This document shows positions 1-9,784 of a stretch of 64,000 bases of DNA, piece after piece. This DNA comes from a virus, in the UHGV virus genome UHGV-0203063. One strand, 5' to 3'. The notes under the pieces are model-generated. The model ran no database searches. It had not been told where the DNA came from and saw only the letters and a program-made list of their open reading frames with translations. Both the position numbers and the translations under genes were made by a program. Positions within the stretch are counted from its first letter, which is position 1, and every line of letters begins with the position of its first letter.

Positions 1-123
1 ATTTTCTTCGTATGCCGTCAATGTTTCGAGGATAACTTCGTGTATCGGTTTGTCAGTTTCTTTTTCGAGATGATACGCAATATTATACGCCAGCTGTTCT
101 TTCGTCAGCTTTGTCTGATACAT
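1..123 (-). CDS. 5' part of a hypothetical protein running off the window (weak resemblance to HU-like DNA-binding N-terminus)
   Basis: ATG at 123 with GAAGGGG upstream; reads MYQTKLTKEQLAYNIAYHLEKETDKPIHEVILETLTAYEEN with no stop before base 1. Confidence 0.5.
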   Translation of the reverse strand, partial: MYQTKLTKEQLAYNIAYHLEKETDKPIHEVILETLTAYEEN

Positions 124-595
124 TTTCTTCTTCCCCCTCTTTCTCTCCGTCTTTCGGCGCCAAAATCGAGTCGCCGTATTCTACAAACTCGCCCGCTTCG
201 TTCCGATACAAAAGGTCGAAAAGCGGTGTCCACAACCACAACTTATCTGGGTCTTCCGCGAGACAAACGTAACCCTTTTTCGCGTTCTCGTCCGTCGTGT
301 GTAAAATCGCGTCTTTGTTCGCCTCGATGAAATCCTTATATTTCTGCGATAATCTCGGATAAGTCGGGCGGTTCTTTATGACCTCGTAATTAAGCTTTAC
401 TTCCGTTCCTTCGGGAATCGGCTCTTCAAGTTCGATGTTGATAAACGGGTTAAGCGCGAGGTCGCTCATCGATTGAACGTTCGCGTTGCCTGCGCGGAAC
501 TTTATCGCGAAGTCGAGTGCTTTGAGTTCTGCCTTTGTGTAATTGGTTTTGTTCTTGCGGTTGAATTCTCTAACCGATTGTCTATTCCAGTTCAT
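83..595 (-). CDS. hypothetical protein
   Basis: 170 aa, AGGAG RBS, packed in operon. Confidence 0.8.
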   Translation of the reverse strand: MNWNRQSVREFNRKNKTNYTKAELKALDFAIKFRAGNANVQSMSDLALNPFINIELEEPIPEGTEVKLNYEVIKNRPTYPRLSQKYKDFIEANKDAILHTTDENAKKGYVCLAEDPDKLWLWTPLFDLLYRNEAGEFVEYGDSILAPKDGEKEGEEENVSDKADERTAGV

Positions 596-612
596 TATTT
601 GTTCTCCTTATC

Positions 613-1083
613 TTAGTCGTGGAATTTTGGGTTGTCGCGCTCGTATTTGAATCGCGTTGTCCATAACGCATCAACCAACTTTTCAAATCTGTCACCGAAC
701 ATAATTTGGTCGTAAACGTCGATTTTTGCCTCGGTTTTAAAAATCTGCTTGTTTATATGACAATCGGCGAACGCGCCCCAATCGAGCTGCGAATAATCAT
801 CTGTCACGTCGATCGTCGCTTTTTCATCATCGTAACAACCACACCACGGCGTGAGCAAAATTCCCCCGTCTTCGGTTCTGCTTATGATGAGTTCGTGTTC
901 GGCTTTCGACCAATAACGCCACATAAATTCTTTGCGAAGTTCTTCGGCGAACTCGACTCGCGTCGCGCACTTCTTTTTGAGTTTTTTGATGTCCTCTTCG
1001 CGATAATGCAAAACATCCCAATCGGAAATCACTTGTCGATTGTGATCAAATTCCTTACATAACACCTTTGGAAATTCAGCCAT
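613..1083 (-). CDS. hypothetical phage protein
   Basis: 156 aa, AGGAG RBS, overlaps upstream stop. Confidence 0.8.
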   Translation of the reverse strand: MAEFPKVLCKEFDHNRQVISDWDVLHYREEDIKKLKKKCATRVEFAEELRKEFMWRYWSKAEHELIISRTEDGGILLTPWCGCYDDEKATIDVTDDYSQLDWGAFADCHINKQIFKTEAKIDVYDQIMFGDRFEKLVDALWTTRFKYERDNPKFHD

Positions 1084-1516
1084 TTATCTTCTCCTTTGCT
1101 AAAATATTTTTGCAAAAATAATATAATTTTATCCACGTTGGGTAACTGAAATCTTTTTGCCCACGCATATATTTCTCTTTGAGATTGTAATAACAAATCC
1201 GTAAATATTCGTCGTCGTGTTCTTTGAACCGCAAGCCTGATTCTAACCCGACGATTTCTTTTCCCGCAAACCCGTTCTGCATTCCTGAAAAATAAGCGTC
1301 GTATTTCGACAAGTCACGAATCTTTATTTCGCGCCGCTGCATTTCAGCAATTACCTTATCTGAATACGCTTTGAGATAATGACGGTTGTAATCGTATATA
1401 TAATTGATTAGAATGTGTTTGTCTTGTTTTGCGTATATCGAGTTGAGTTCGCGCCATTGCGCAAGTAACTGCGATTTTGGAAGATACGGAATTAAATCAA
1501 TGTGCCACAGTCTCAT
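1076..1516 (-). CDS. pyrimidine-dimer DNA glycosylase / endonuclease V (DenV-like) family protein
   Basis: N-terminus MRLWHIDLIPYLPKSQLLAQWREL matches the Pyr_excise family pattern MRLWH..L...LP..QLL.Q.RE. Confidence 0.7.
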   Translation of the reverse strand: MRLWHIDLIPYLPKSQLLAQWRELNSIYAKQDKHILINYIYDYNRHYLKAYSDKVIAEMQRREIKIRDLSKYDAYFSGMQNGFAGKEIVGLESGLRFKEHDDEYLRICYYNLKEKYMRGQKDFSYPTWIKLYYFCKNILAKEKING

Positions 1517-1517
1517 A

Positions 1518-1916
1518 TTACAATATTATTTTATCCCACCATTGGGGATTGTCTTCAAAAAATTCACACCCGTTTACATACTCGCGAATTTTGACATAAT
1601 CACTCAAATCGATATTATCGACATTTACATCGATCAACAATGATATGTATACGTTTATTAGAAAAGATATGAGACAATTCATCGCCCCATAATCATTTGT
1701 TGTAAATTTTTTCAGTGTCATCAACAATTTATCTTTATCCACAAACTCACCGACAGCCGCTGTTAAATGATGCAATATGCTCTCATCCGTAATTTCAGGG
1801 CACATCGTGCGAGATTTAAGATACTCGCGTAACGCGGATACCACACTAAAACATTTATCATCCCTGATAAAATAAAATTTGCAAATCATTAAAATGTCTT
1901 TGTTTTTAGTTCTCAT
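1518..1916 (-). CDS. hypothetical protein
   Basis: 132 aa, GGAGG RBS directly after a consensus promoter. Confidence 0.75.
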   Translation of the reverse strand: MRTKNKDILMICKFYFIRDDKCFSVVSALREYLKSRTMCPEITDESILHHLTAAVGEFVDKDKLLMTLKKFTTNDYGAMNCLISFLINVYISLLIDVNVDNIDLSDYVKIREYVNGCEFFEDNPQWWDKIIL

Positions 1917-1939
1917 AACCGACCTCCGATTGTGGTTTC

Positions 1940-1986
1940 ATTATAACACAAAACTTCGTCCGTGTCAAGCGTTTGAACGAAGTTTT
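1940..1986 (-). promoter_or_regulatory. sigmaA/70 promoter with -35 inside a hairpin loop
   Basis: TTGACA (1968-1963), 17 nt, TATAAT (1945-1940); inverted repeat AAAACTTCGT (1950-1959) / ACGAAGTTTT (1977-1986). Confidence 0.9.
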
Positions 1987-2019
1987 TGAAAATTTTTATT
2001 TTATAAAATGTCTCTTTTA

Positions 2020-3159
2020 TTAAATGTTATCAAAATTAAATTTTTTTATTTTCTTTTTTAATAACTCTTTTGGATTTAAAAAAGTGGTATACGAATTCAT
2101 TACAAAGCCATCAAGACAACAAACGGCACCGTTTTCATCTTCAAGACACAAATATCCCGAATCTTTAAGTCCTTCTAAATATATATAATTTAATGTATAT
2201 TTATGATTATTTAAAATAATAGTTTTGCTTAGTTTGTTATAGTTAAATCTTTTCATTATAGAAATTACAGTACGATTTTCTTTGTTTTTGTCTTTGAATT
2301 CCACGTCAGGTATACGCGAAAACAAACAGGTCAACTGTTTTACGAGATGACTATTTGGATTTGATAATTCAGCAACAAATTCACTATGATTATTGTATAG
2401 TTCTTGTATTAATCTTTGCATAGGATTTAATTGTTTATACAAAAGCTCAAAAAAGACATCTTTAAGAGATTCGTCAAACAAATCTTGTATTTCAAAAGCA
2501 AAAGAATACCCTTCGTCATCATTTTCAAAGTTATCGCCAAAAATACTAAAATTCAAAATCCACTTATCTTTGTTTCGACAATCTATTAATTTACACGATA
2601 TTTCGTCCATTTCATAGTTCAATTTAGAAAACTTCGCGGCCCACAAAATACCTTGTCTATTTCGAATTCCGTTTGAATTTTTATATGGTGTAAAAAGTAT
2701 TAAAACGTCTGGATTTTCTTCGTCTGGGAAAATGATAGTGTTTGATAATAAACGCGCGTTTATTATCGTTTTGAATTTTTCTAAATTTTGACGATGATGT
2801 ATTGCCAAAGGAGAAATTTCTTCCCATTCGGGGTTATAATAATTCCCACCTGGAGTAGAATTATAACCCTTTTTCATAGAGTTGAACTTTTTTATAAATT
2901 CTTTCTCTCTGTTGTCGGCTTCTTTTTCAGGACATTCACAAAGTATTTCAACTTCAAAATTATCGAAACCCTTTTGTTTAATAGCTTCTGACCATTTGTT
3001 TTCGTTTGTTAAATAGTTCTTCCCGTTCTTACCCGCCCTCTCTTTTAATGTTTTTTTGGTTTGTCCGACATAGGACCCATCACTATCATAATATCTATAA
3101 ATAAATTTATTTCCTTTTGCTGGTCTAAGTTCCATAATTTCCTGTTTGTTCATAATCAT
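2020..3159 (-). CDS. GIY-YIG endonuclease domain fused to an unknown C-terminal domain
   Basis: FIYRYY..DGSYVGQT, conserved R, E (NREKEFIKKFNS) and GYN.T.GG in the first ~105 aa; AT-rich. Confidence 0.75.
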   Translation of the reverse strand: MIMNKQEIMELRPAKGNKFIYRYYDSDGSYVGQTKKTLKERAGKNGKNYLTNENKWSEAIKQKGFDNFEVEILCECPEKEADNREKEFIKKFNSMKKGYNSTPGGNYYNPEWEEISPLAIHHRQNLEKFKTIINARLLSNTIIFPDEENPDVLILFTPYKNSNGIRNRQGILWAAKFSKLNYEMDEISCKLIDCRNKDKWILNFSIFGDNFENDDEGYSFAFEIQDLFDESLKDVFFELLYKQLNPMQRLIQELYNNHSEFVAELSNPNSHLVKQLTCLFSRIPDVEFKDKNKENRTVISIMKRFNYNKLSKTIILNNHKYTLNYIYLEGLKDSGYLCLEDENGAVCCLDGFVMNSYTTFLNPKELLKKKIKKFNFDNI

Positions 3160-3182
3160 ACCACCTTTGTTTCAGTGTTTAT

Positions 3183-3228
3183 ATTATAGCACAACAAAAC
3201 CCCTTTGTCAAACAAATCAAAGGGGTTT
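3183..3228 (-). promoter_or_regulatory. sigmaA/70 promoter overlapping a hairpin (possible terminator-promoter)
   Basis: TTGACA (3211-3206), 17 nt, TATAAT (3188-3183); inverted repeat AAACCCCTTTG (3197-3207) / CAAAGGGGTTT (3218-3228). Confidence 0.9.
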
Positions 3229-3243
3229 CAAAAAAATATTTAA

Positions 3244-3495
3244 TTAATCAATTCCGCCGACCTCGAACAATATCTCTTCCCAAAAATTACAGAAATAATA
3301 AATATAGCACGCGGTTCTTACATCTACCTTCTCATATCCCATAAGCCATTTTACAATTTTAATAGCATTTGGTTCATCTTCTAAAAGAACCGCGTCTTCG
3401 TTGTCAAAATTTGCTTTTACATTCTCTACGAATTTATTGAAATGTTTTTGCGTTTTCTTCGGTTCTTTAAGTAATTCTTTTTCCCAAGGTTCCAT
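3244..3495 (-). CDS. hypothetical protein
   Basis: 83 aa, GAGG RBS. Confidence 0.65.
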   Translation of the reverse strand: MEPWEKELLKEPKKTQKHFNKFVENVKANFDNEDAVLLEDEPNAIKIVKWLMGYEKVDVRTACYIYYFCNFWEEILFEVGGID

Positions 3496-3541
3496 TTTTT
3501 ATCCTCTCTTTTTATTGTTGTCGTGTAATAAAACTGGTCTT

Positions 3542-3994
3542 TTATTCTACGAGATCATAATCTTCATACTGCCAGAGTTCAAAATCAACAGACTCGCTAT
3601 AATAACCATTTGACCTGCCATACCAACGAATTGTATCATACCCTTTGTTTGTGGTTATTTTATAAAAAGTCCAAGTATAACTTTCGTCCCATTTGCCTAA
3701 TGGAGGATTGTTGTCAGCATTTACTTCTTCTAATTTACACCATTTGCAATCTGTATATATGTCGTTATTATTTTCTTCGCTATCAACATCTTCGATCCAT
3801 ACGCCTTCGCAACAATCTTGATGATGACACATCACAATTATAAAACCATCTTTACACCAAAATCTCACTCGGTCGCTCTCCTTTTTTAAACCATCAACTT
3901 TAACGAGCCCACTGGCGAGATGGGCGTTGATGTTGTTAAGTTCCTCAACCGATAAATGGTATGAACTTGCGTAATATTCGTCTATACACTTCAT
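3542..3994 (-). CDS. conserved phage protein of unknown function
   Basis: motifs H.QDCCE.V.IEDV and TWTFYKI.T.KG....RWYG.SNGYYSESV typical of a widespread phage family. Confidence 0.75.
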   Translation of the reverse strand: MKCIDEYYASSYHLSVEELNNINAHLASGLVKVDGLKKESDRVRFWCKDGFIIVMCHHQDCCEGVWIEDVDSEENNNDIYTDCKWCKLEEVNADNNPPLGKWDESYTWTFYKITTNKGYDTIRWYGRSNGYYSESVDFELWQYEDYDLVE

Positions 3995-4013
3995 GATATA
4001 TTCTCCTCTTGTT

Positions 4014-4619
4014 TTATATCCATTTTACGACCGTATCGCCCGTAAAACCCTTTTCCCAGACGTACCAAGCATAAGCGACCGCCGAACCACCGCCAGCTTT
4101 CATTCTTTCGAACTCGCCATTCTTTGCGCATAAAACGCGTTGAGAAAAGACATAAATCTTTTTCGGCGGATATTTAGAAAAGAGTTCGTTGTAACGAGTT
4201 TTACCTTCGAGGAATGTGAGTTTGAGGAACATAAACACCTTATGTCCTTCGGGAACTAATTCCAATCCTTTTAAAGCAAACTCTTTCGCATACTTATAAG
4301 GCGGATTGGTTAAAATATCTCCATTAAATATTTCGTTACATTCAAAGAAATCAACGCCGCCTTTGCCATATCCTCGATCGATTAAATCCGTTGAGGTTAC
4401 ATTGTATCCAAAATCTTCGAGTCTTTTAGATAAGTCTCCTTGCCCGCAAGCACACTCCCAAATATTTTTGCAAGTCAACTCACCAGTCGCATAAAGTTTA
4501 TCTATCGCAATTGATTCAGTTGCGTAAAAATCGTTCTCTTCGCGTTCTTTGTCAGTGTGGTTGCTTGCTCCGAGAGTTTTATAAATTGAGTTTGAGTTTC
4601 CTATCCAATCGTTTGCCAT
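4014..4619 (-). CDS. orphan amino (N6-adenine/N4-cytosine) DNA methyltransferase
   Basis: ENDFYAT, SAM-binding IWECACGQG, catalytic DILTNPPY. Confidence 0.85.
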   Translation of the reverse strand: MANDWIGNSNSIYKTLGASNHTDKEREENDFYATESIAIDKLYATGELTCKNIWECACGQGDLSKRLEDFGYNVTSTDLIDRGYGKGGVDFFECNEIFNGDILTNPPYKYAKEFALKGLELVPEGHKVFMFLKLTFLEGKTRYNELFSKYPPKKIYVFSQRVLCAKNGEFERMKAGGGSAVAYAWYVWEKGFTGDTVVKWI

Positions 4620-5281
4620 TATTCTACCTCCAAAATCATCGCCTGTAATTCTTCAATTCTCTTCTCATGAGCGGCGATTGCTCTTTCTTGCTTTAAGCCT
4701 TTCATCTCTTTTTTAACGCGCTTTATCTCGTCCTTTAAATCCGCGTTCCACTTTTTCTTAATCAGCGTGTAAATCACCGCGACCGAATCGCTTTCATCGT
4801 CCGTCAAATCGCCCGTTTTCAGCCCATAATGGGTGCAAACCGCTTTTTTGATGTCGGTCTTCGTCGGCTTCGGCGTTTCATCGGTTTTAAAAAGCGCTTT
4901 TACCGAGACCGCGTGAACGCCCACTTCGTCGTAAAAATCAACCCCATCCACCTTCGCAACCGCGATGTCGAGAGCCGCGTGCGCTTTCGCAAGCGTTTGG
5001 AGCGTCGCGATGGTCGTAAATCGACCTGCCTGCGCAGGCATCGCCTCTTTGACAATCATCAACAAATTGCCGTATTTCTTGACTGCCGAGGTCAGGTATT
5101 CTTTAAGCTTCGTATAAAGCGTCGCGACAGGCGTTTCATCGGTGTGTGAGACTTCGATTTTGTCAGTTCGGACGATTGATTTTTGAGAAATGTCGTAAAT
5201 CGAGACGCCTGTTTTGTAAAGCGCGAGGTCGAAGCTGATTATGTAATCGATTTCCGATAACGGTTTCTGGAACTTAATCAT
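4619..5281 (-). CDS. RuvC-like Holliday junction resolvase
   Basis: ISFDLALYKTGVSI (first acidic motif), IVKE, C-terminal DDESDSVAV. Confidence 0.7.
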   Translation of the reverse strand: MIKFQKPLSEIDYIISFDLALYKTGVSIYDISQKSIVRTDKIEVSHTDETPVATLYTKLKEYLTSAVKKYGNLLMIVKEAMPAQAGRFTTIATLQTLAKAHAALDIAVAKVDGVDFYDEVGVHAVSVKALFKTDETPKPTKTDIKKAVCTHYGLKTGDLTDDESDSVAVIYTLIKKKWNADLKDEIKRVKKEMKGLKQERAIAAHEKRIEELQAMILEVE

Positions 5282-5690
5282 CTTCTTTCTCCGCGAGCAA
5301 CAACGTCGCGGTTATCCTCATATTATATGGTTGCCGCTCGATTTTTACAAACTGCGCGGCTTCTGCCAAAACCGCGTCACGCAAGCAAGACTCGGTTTTG
5401 TCTAATGGCAGCGGGCCGATCGCCGCGATTCTTTTGATTTTTATAATTTTAGCGTTTTGTACATTGATTGCAACGGGCGTTAGCGGGTCGTGGGCGATTT
5501 GTTTTTTGAGAAGTTCGTTTTCTTGCTCCAAACTTTTAATCCGTAAATCGTTGATTTTCAAATCGCCGACAAAATTGTCTCTTTGCTCAGCGACGAAATC
5601 GTATTGCTCAGCGATAATATCGTAATCGCTCTTCGGCACGCCGCCAAAAAGACCTAAAAACCATTTTTTGAATTTACTCGGTTGTTTCAT
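5274..5690 (-). CDS. hypothetical protein
   Basis: 138 aa, overlaps both neighbours. Confidence 0.7.
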   Translation of the reverse strand: MKQPSKFKKWFLGLFGGVPKSDYDIIAEQYDFVAEQRDNFVGDLKINDLRIKSLEQENELLKKQIAHDPLTPVAINVQNAKIIKIKRIAAIGPLPLDKTESCLRDAVLAEAAQFVKIERQPYNMRITATLLLAEKEDD

Positions 5691-6144
5691 TTTTATATTT
5701 CTCCAAAATAACCAGCGCTTCTTCTTGCTGCTTTAATGTTTTACGATCCTCTTCAATAGATTCTTTTAAATTTTTAACGAATTTATCAAAGGGTTCTACT
5801 ATATGATGATACGGCCAATCGTCATCTTCGTAATGTGATACAAAATAACCTCTTATTTTTTGGGGAACATCTGCTTCTCTAAATCCATCAAAACATATGT
5901 TTGCGTCTTTATGAGTATCTTTGTAAACTAAAAGGTCATCTCTTGAATTTATTTCAAATACAAAATATGAATTAGATTTTTCTGGTAAATAGAAATTACC
6001 GATGGGCATAAGATTACTTTTCTGATGTGCCTCATATAGTTCTACTTTTTCTCTATCTTTACTAGTACAATTTCCATCATCTGACTGATAAGTAATTTTT
6101 GTAATTGCAGTTTCAACTATTTTTGTATTTTTTATTTCTTTCAT
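5674..6144 (-). CDS. hypothetical protein, Y.SDDG paralog family
   Basis: MKEIK...YQSDDG...YE, shared with the ORFs at 17168 and 17530. Confidence 0.7.
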   Translation of the reverse strand: MKEIKNTKIVETAITKITYQSDDGNCTSKDREKVELYEAHQKSNLMPIGNFYLPEKSNSYFVFEINSRDDLLVYKDTHKDANICFDGFREADVPQKIRGYFVSHYEDDDWPYHHIVEPFDKFVKNLKESIEEDRKTLKQQEEALVILEKYKNETTE

Positions 6145-6395
6145 TCTTCTATATCTCCGCTCAATATTGCTAACGCTCTTTCTATCTCTAACATTGCCTT
6201 CGCGTTTGCTTCCTGCCCTTTCTTAATCTCTTCTTCGGTTAAAACTGTTCTTGTCAGTCGCTTTTTTGCCGCCTCGTAACAACCCTTGAATTGGTTCGGG
6301 CTTCTGCACTCACAAATGCCTTTGTGCCCGTAACCGTAATAACAACAATCCAAATATTTCATTATTTCTTTGTGGGTTGGTTCCATTCTTTCCAT
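6141..6395 (-). CDS. hypothetical Cys-containing protein
   Basis: 84 aa, GGAGG RBS after promoter. Confidence 0.7.
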   Translation of the reverse strand: MERMEPTHKEIMKYLDCCYYGYGHKGICECRSPNQFKGCYEAAKKRLTRTVLTEEEIKKGQEANAKAMLEIERALAILSGDIEE

Positions 6396-6420
6396 AATAT
6401 TTACCTCCGATTACGCGTTT

Positions 6421-6455
6421 ATTATAACATAATCGAAGGCGAATGTCAAGCGTTT
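6421..6455 (-). promoter_or_regulatory. sigmaA/70 promoter
   Basis: AAACGC-TTGACA (6449-6444), 17 nt, TATAAT (6426-6421); the -35 contains the TGA stop of the upstream gene. Confidence 0.9.
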
Positions 6456-6697
6456 TCGTCGCTCATTTTAAAAATTTCTATCGTGATTCTCAACCCGTCA
6501 TTCTTCTCGTTCGTCCTTTCGAAAAGTTCAGCCAACTCTTTCGCTTTCGATTCGGTAAGTTTTACGAAAATCTGCGGCGCGTTTATCGGGTCGGGGAAAC
6601 CGTCTTCCACGGGGTAAAAAGTAATGCAATAACCTTTTCGCGGGAATTTCTCTTCGAGTTGTTCACGACTTAATTCGGGAATTGTGCCTAATCTCAT
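6446..6697 (-). CDS. hypothetical protein
   Basis: 83 aa, operon packing. Confidence 0.65.
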   Translation of the reverse strand: MRLGTIPELSREQLEEKFPRKGYCITFYPVEDGFPDPINAPQIFVKLTESKAKELAELFERTNEKNDGLRITIEIFKMSDENA

Positions 6698-6702
6698 TTC
6701 TT

Positions 6703-6963
6703 TTATTCCTCTTCAAGTTTTGGATTATCGTAAATGTTCCCTATCACATACCTTTCTTTACAAACAGAATAGAGAGGGTCGTAGCAGTCGCGACCCAAAA
6801 GGTCTTGCCCATAAAACGATACAAATTCCCCGTGATAAAATTTAACAATACCCTTTCTCGTATTTTCAAATGTACTATATTCTTCATCGTCGGCGATGAT
6901 GTCATTTTCAAATATCTCTTTGCCGTTTTTATCGGTTAACTCGGTAAAAGATCTCTTTCTCAT
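6703..6963 (-). CDS. YopX-family protein (C-terminal domain only)
   Basis: FT.L.DKNGKEIFENDI ... VIGNIYDNP.L signature. Confidence 0.8.
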   Translation of the reverse strand: MRKRSFTELTDKNGKEIFENDIIADDEEYSTFENTRKGIVKFYHGEFVSFYGQDLLGRDCYDPLYSVCKERYVIGNIYDNPKLEEE

Positions 6964-7253
6964 TCATTCTCCTCCTCGTTCGCGAAAATCTCGATTGCTC
7001 CTACTTCGCTCAACCTTACAAACTCGACCATTTCTTTCCCCTCTTCACCGTATTTTAACCCGAGCAGAAAATCTCCGCCTATGTCGATAACGCTCGAAAT
7101 TTGGACGTAATCGGCGTTGGCATCTTCGGGGTCGCCTTTATACCAAAAACGGAAAAGGTCGTTCTCGTTTACGCAGGCACGGAACCACTCGAAAAATGAA
7201 CCGCTGAAATCTTTGTATCTTTTGTAAAAGTCTTTATTCGTTATTTGAATCAT
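6960..7253 (-). CDS. hypothetical protein
   Basis: start moved to MIQIT after GGAGG. Confidence 0.7.
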   Translation of the reverse strand: MIQITNKDFYKRYKDFSGSFFEWFRACVNENDLFRFWYKGDPEDANADYVQISSVIDIGGDFLLGLKYGEEGKEMVEFVRLSEVGAIEIFANEEENE

Positions 7254-7402
7254 TTTTCTTCCTCCCACCACCAATCTTTGCTGAAATCTTTGTAAAATCC
7301 ATTATCAAGATAAATCCTGAACCCGTTCCATAGTTCTTCTACTCTGCTCACGTTGTAATAATATCTTGGACACAGTTCTCGTGTATGTACGCTAATCGTC
7401 AT
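7250..7402 (-). CDS. small hypothetical protein
   Basis: MTISVH..., start/stop overlaps on both sides. Confidence 0.55.
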   Translation of the reverse strand: MTISVHTRELCPRYYYNVSRVEELWNGFRIYLDNGFYKDFSKDWWWEEEK

Positions 7403-7935
7403 CAATAAGTCCTCACAATTCTTTCTTCGCCTAAATAATCGCAAACCAAATCGCCGAAAAATTTCAGCGCCATTCCTTCGCGATAAACATTGGGGTGTTC
7501 TTGATTAGGGAACCCAGTAACTTTTGTTCCGCCCAAACGACAATAGATCAAAAGTTCGTCGCCGCCCATTGTTTGCCATTCGACCAAATTATCTTCCAAG
7601 AATGCTTCTGCTTCAGCAGATAAATCTTCGTAACAATATCTTTTATAATAAACGGATTGTTCGCCATCGCTATAAGTAAGGATATTATATGTGCTATTAT
7701 TAGCATCAAAAAGTTCAAAAAACATAGAGGTTTTACAATAATTTTGATTCAAAAACTCTCCTTTGTCTTGCAATTCTTCAATAATCCTTTTGGTCGCTCC
7801 GTCAAACTCATTAAAATCTACATCTATCGAATTTTCTTGATCTACTCCAAAATGAATATAACAATTGTGCTTTTCTGCGAGTGCTTTTAAATCGCATAAA
7901 GTTTGTAAATGTGTTGAACCAAAATAAACATTCAT
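7402..7935 (-). CDS. hypothetical protein
   Basis: 177 aa, GGAG RBS. Confidence 0.75.
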   Translation of the reverse strand: MNVYFGSTHLQTLCDLKALAEKHNCYIHFGVDQENSIDVDFNEFDGATKRIIEELQDKGEFLNQNYCKTSMFFELFDANNSTYNILTYSDGEQSVYYKRYCYEDLSAEAEAFLEDNLVEWQTMGGDELLIYCRLGGTKVTGFPNQEHPNVYREGMALKFFGDLVCDYLGEERIVRTY

Positions 7936-7938
7936 AAC

Positions 7939-8340
7939 TTAATCTCCCAAATAATCTTTTCCAGCCACCCACTCATCCATGGGCGGAACATCGTTCTTTC
8001 TTCCATATTCCCCATCAACATCGAGCAAGCCACTCATCCAACCGTGCGGGTAATCGATCGAGAACCAACCGTCGTTTGTGTCTCTAACGAAATATACGAG
8101 ATGATCGTCTTCGTATTTTGGCATCGAGCATTCCACGAAATAATCAGTTGAATTCGCGTAAAGATCGGGCGTGCATCTAATTTCACGTTGCCACGAACAA
8201 TAAAGTTCAGGATATTTTGCTTTTATTAAATGAAACGGAATAATTCCCGTAACCGTCGCTTTGTAACGACGGGAGAAACCTATTTTGCCGTCATCGAAAA
8301 AGGCGTATGTTTTGCCGATTTCGGGTATATTATTTTTCAT
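7939..8340 (-). CDS. conserved phage hypothetical protein
   Basis: P..GKTY.FFDDGK...R.Y and GWFS...G.LDVDG motifs. Confidence 0.75.
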   Translation of the reverse strand: MKNNIPEIGKTYAFFDDGKIGFSRRYKATVTGIIPFHLIKAKYPELYCSWQREIRCTPDLYANSTDYFVECSMPKYEDDHLVYFVRDTNDGWFSIDYPHGWMSGLLDVDGEYGRKNDVPPMDEWVAGKDYLGD

Positions 8341-8357
8341 ATTTTCACCCCATGAAA

Positions 8358-8672
8358 TTACTGTTCCAAATTAATTTTTGGCAACTCGGCCCAATAATCT
8401 ATATTATAATAGATCCCATTGTTATCCGACCAATCGGTGCCGTTCCAAGAAACTACTGCATAGGTTTGATTATAGTAATCATAACCCAATACATATTCAG
8501 AATAAGCAGATACATACTTATTTAATTCGGGCAATTCTTTCTTTGCATCGTGCCAGACTATTCTCTGATAACCCATTTTAGTAAGATTTTTTGCAGTCGC
8601 AGCAGTATCAACTCCAAATTTAGTATTTTCCCATTCTAGGCTTAATTCTAAGTCATATTCTAAATCTGTCAT
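8358..8672 (-). CDS. DUF551-like small phage protein
   Basis: WHDAKKELP ... YWAELP pattern. Confidence 0.6.
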   Translation of the reverse strand: MTDLEYDLELSLEWENTKFGVDTAATAKNLTKMGYQRIVWHDAKKELPELNKYVSAYSEYVLGYDYYNQTYAVVSWNGTDWSDNNGIYYNIDYWAELPKINLEQ

Positions 8673-8923
8673 AATTTTACCTCGTACAATGTTTTACCCA
8701 AACTCTTATCGTATTTACTCAAAAAATCTACCACTCTTTGGGCGTTTGAAAAATGTTCACAAGAAATAGAAGAGGAAAGGCGTCCGCGTTTAACAACAGT
8801 AAAACCACCAATCGGACTTCTTGTAATCCAGAAATTTTCGTACCAGAAATCACTCTGCTCGCCCAGCATTTCGAGCTCGTCTAATAGTTGTTTTGCTTTT
8901 TCGTTCATTATATATTCTCCCAA
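8669..8923 (-). CDS. hypothetical protein
   Basis: 84 aa, operon packing. Confidence 0.65.
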   Translation of the reverse strand: MGEYIMNEKAKQLLDELEMLGEQSDFWYENFWITRSPIGGFTVVKRGRLSSSISCEHFSNAQRVVDFLSKYDKSLGKTLYEVKL

Positions 8924-9312
8924 AGTTCATCGATTGTCTTTCGGGTTTCTCGCTCTGTTTCAGAAATTTTTGGAATGTCGAATTTCATGATCGTTTTATC
9001 ACGTTGATCTTTGATATAACAGACACTATCTTTGAAATCTTCGTAACAATTTCTTGCTGTCATCCACCCCGAACAAAAGCCGATTAACCACGAAAGGTCG
9101 GGGTTGCCATAAGCGGTCGACGTGTGGTTATTATAATAATTCAGTTGTTCGCATTTCTTGACGATGAACTGATACCACTTGTTAAAAAACGGACCGAGCT
9201 CGTCGGTGTATTGAAAAATATCCTGCGAATCAACCCACTCGTTTCCCGCGCTATCGGTTGTCTTTTTAAAATAAGGTGTTTTCATTTTTGCTCTCCGAAA
9301 CATTCTTCCCAT
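8908..9312 (-). CDS. hypothetical protein
   Basis: ORF; true start probably MKTPYF. Confidence 0.7.
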   Translation of the reverse strand: MGRMFRRAKMKTPYFKKTTDSAGNEWVDSQDIFQYTDELGPFFNKWYQFIVKKCEQLNYYNNHTSTAYGNPDLSWLIGFCSGWMTARNCYEDFKDSVCYIKDQRDKTIMKFDIPKISETERETRKTIDELWENI

Positions 9313-9746
9313 GTTTCATTCAACACCTCACAACGTTCGTCTGCCGCCTCTTTCGTATCGAATCTTCCGTAATAAACGGCCAAATCGTTAGGAACGACGT
9401 GAATGACCGAATAATGGTTGATCTCTTTGTAACTGCCGTCCTTGTAAAATATACGTTTTACGTTATCGCAAATGACTACATATTTAGATTGCGGAACTTC
9501 GGGTTTTGTGACCAACAACGAATTGCTTTCGAACCACTGCCCATGGACTTCTGTTACGAGCCAAAACCTTTTCGATAAGAGAAAATCTCTAACCATCCTC
9601 ATCGCGTCGTATGGATTGTCACAAACAATCGTGGTTTTAATCTCGTCTTTGGTACCATTTTGAAAAGTTACTTTGCTCGTAACTTCATAACAACTTTCCT
9701 CTGTGAAATCGGGGAAATCAAGATAAATATGTCTATATGTTTTCAT
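9282..9746 (-). CDS. hypothetical protein
   Basis: 154 aa, GAGG RBS. Confidence 0.7.
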   Translation of the reverse strand: MKTYRHIYLDFPDFTEESCYEVTSKVTFQNGTKDEIKTTIVCDNPYDAMRMVRDFLLSKRFWLVTEVHGQWFESNSLLVTKPEVPQSKYVVICDNVKRIFYKDGSYKEINHYSVIHVVPNDLAVYYGRFDTKEAADERCEVLNETWEECFGEQK

Positions 9747-9784
9747 AAGTCCCTCACAATTTATTTATAAATAAAACACATATT

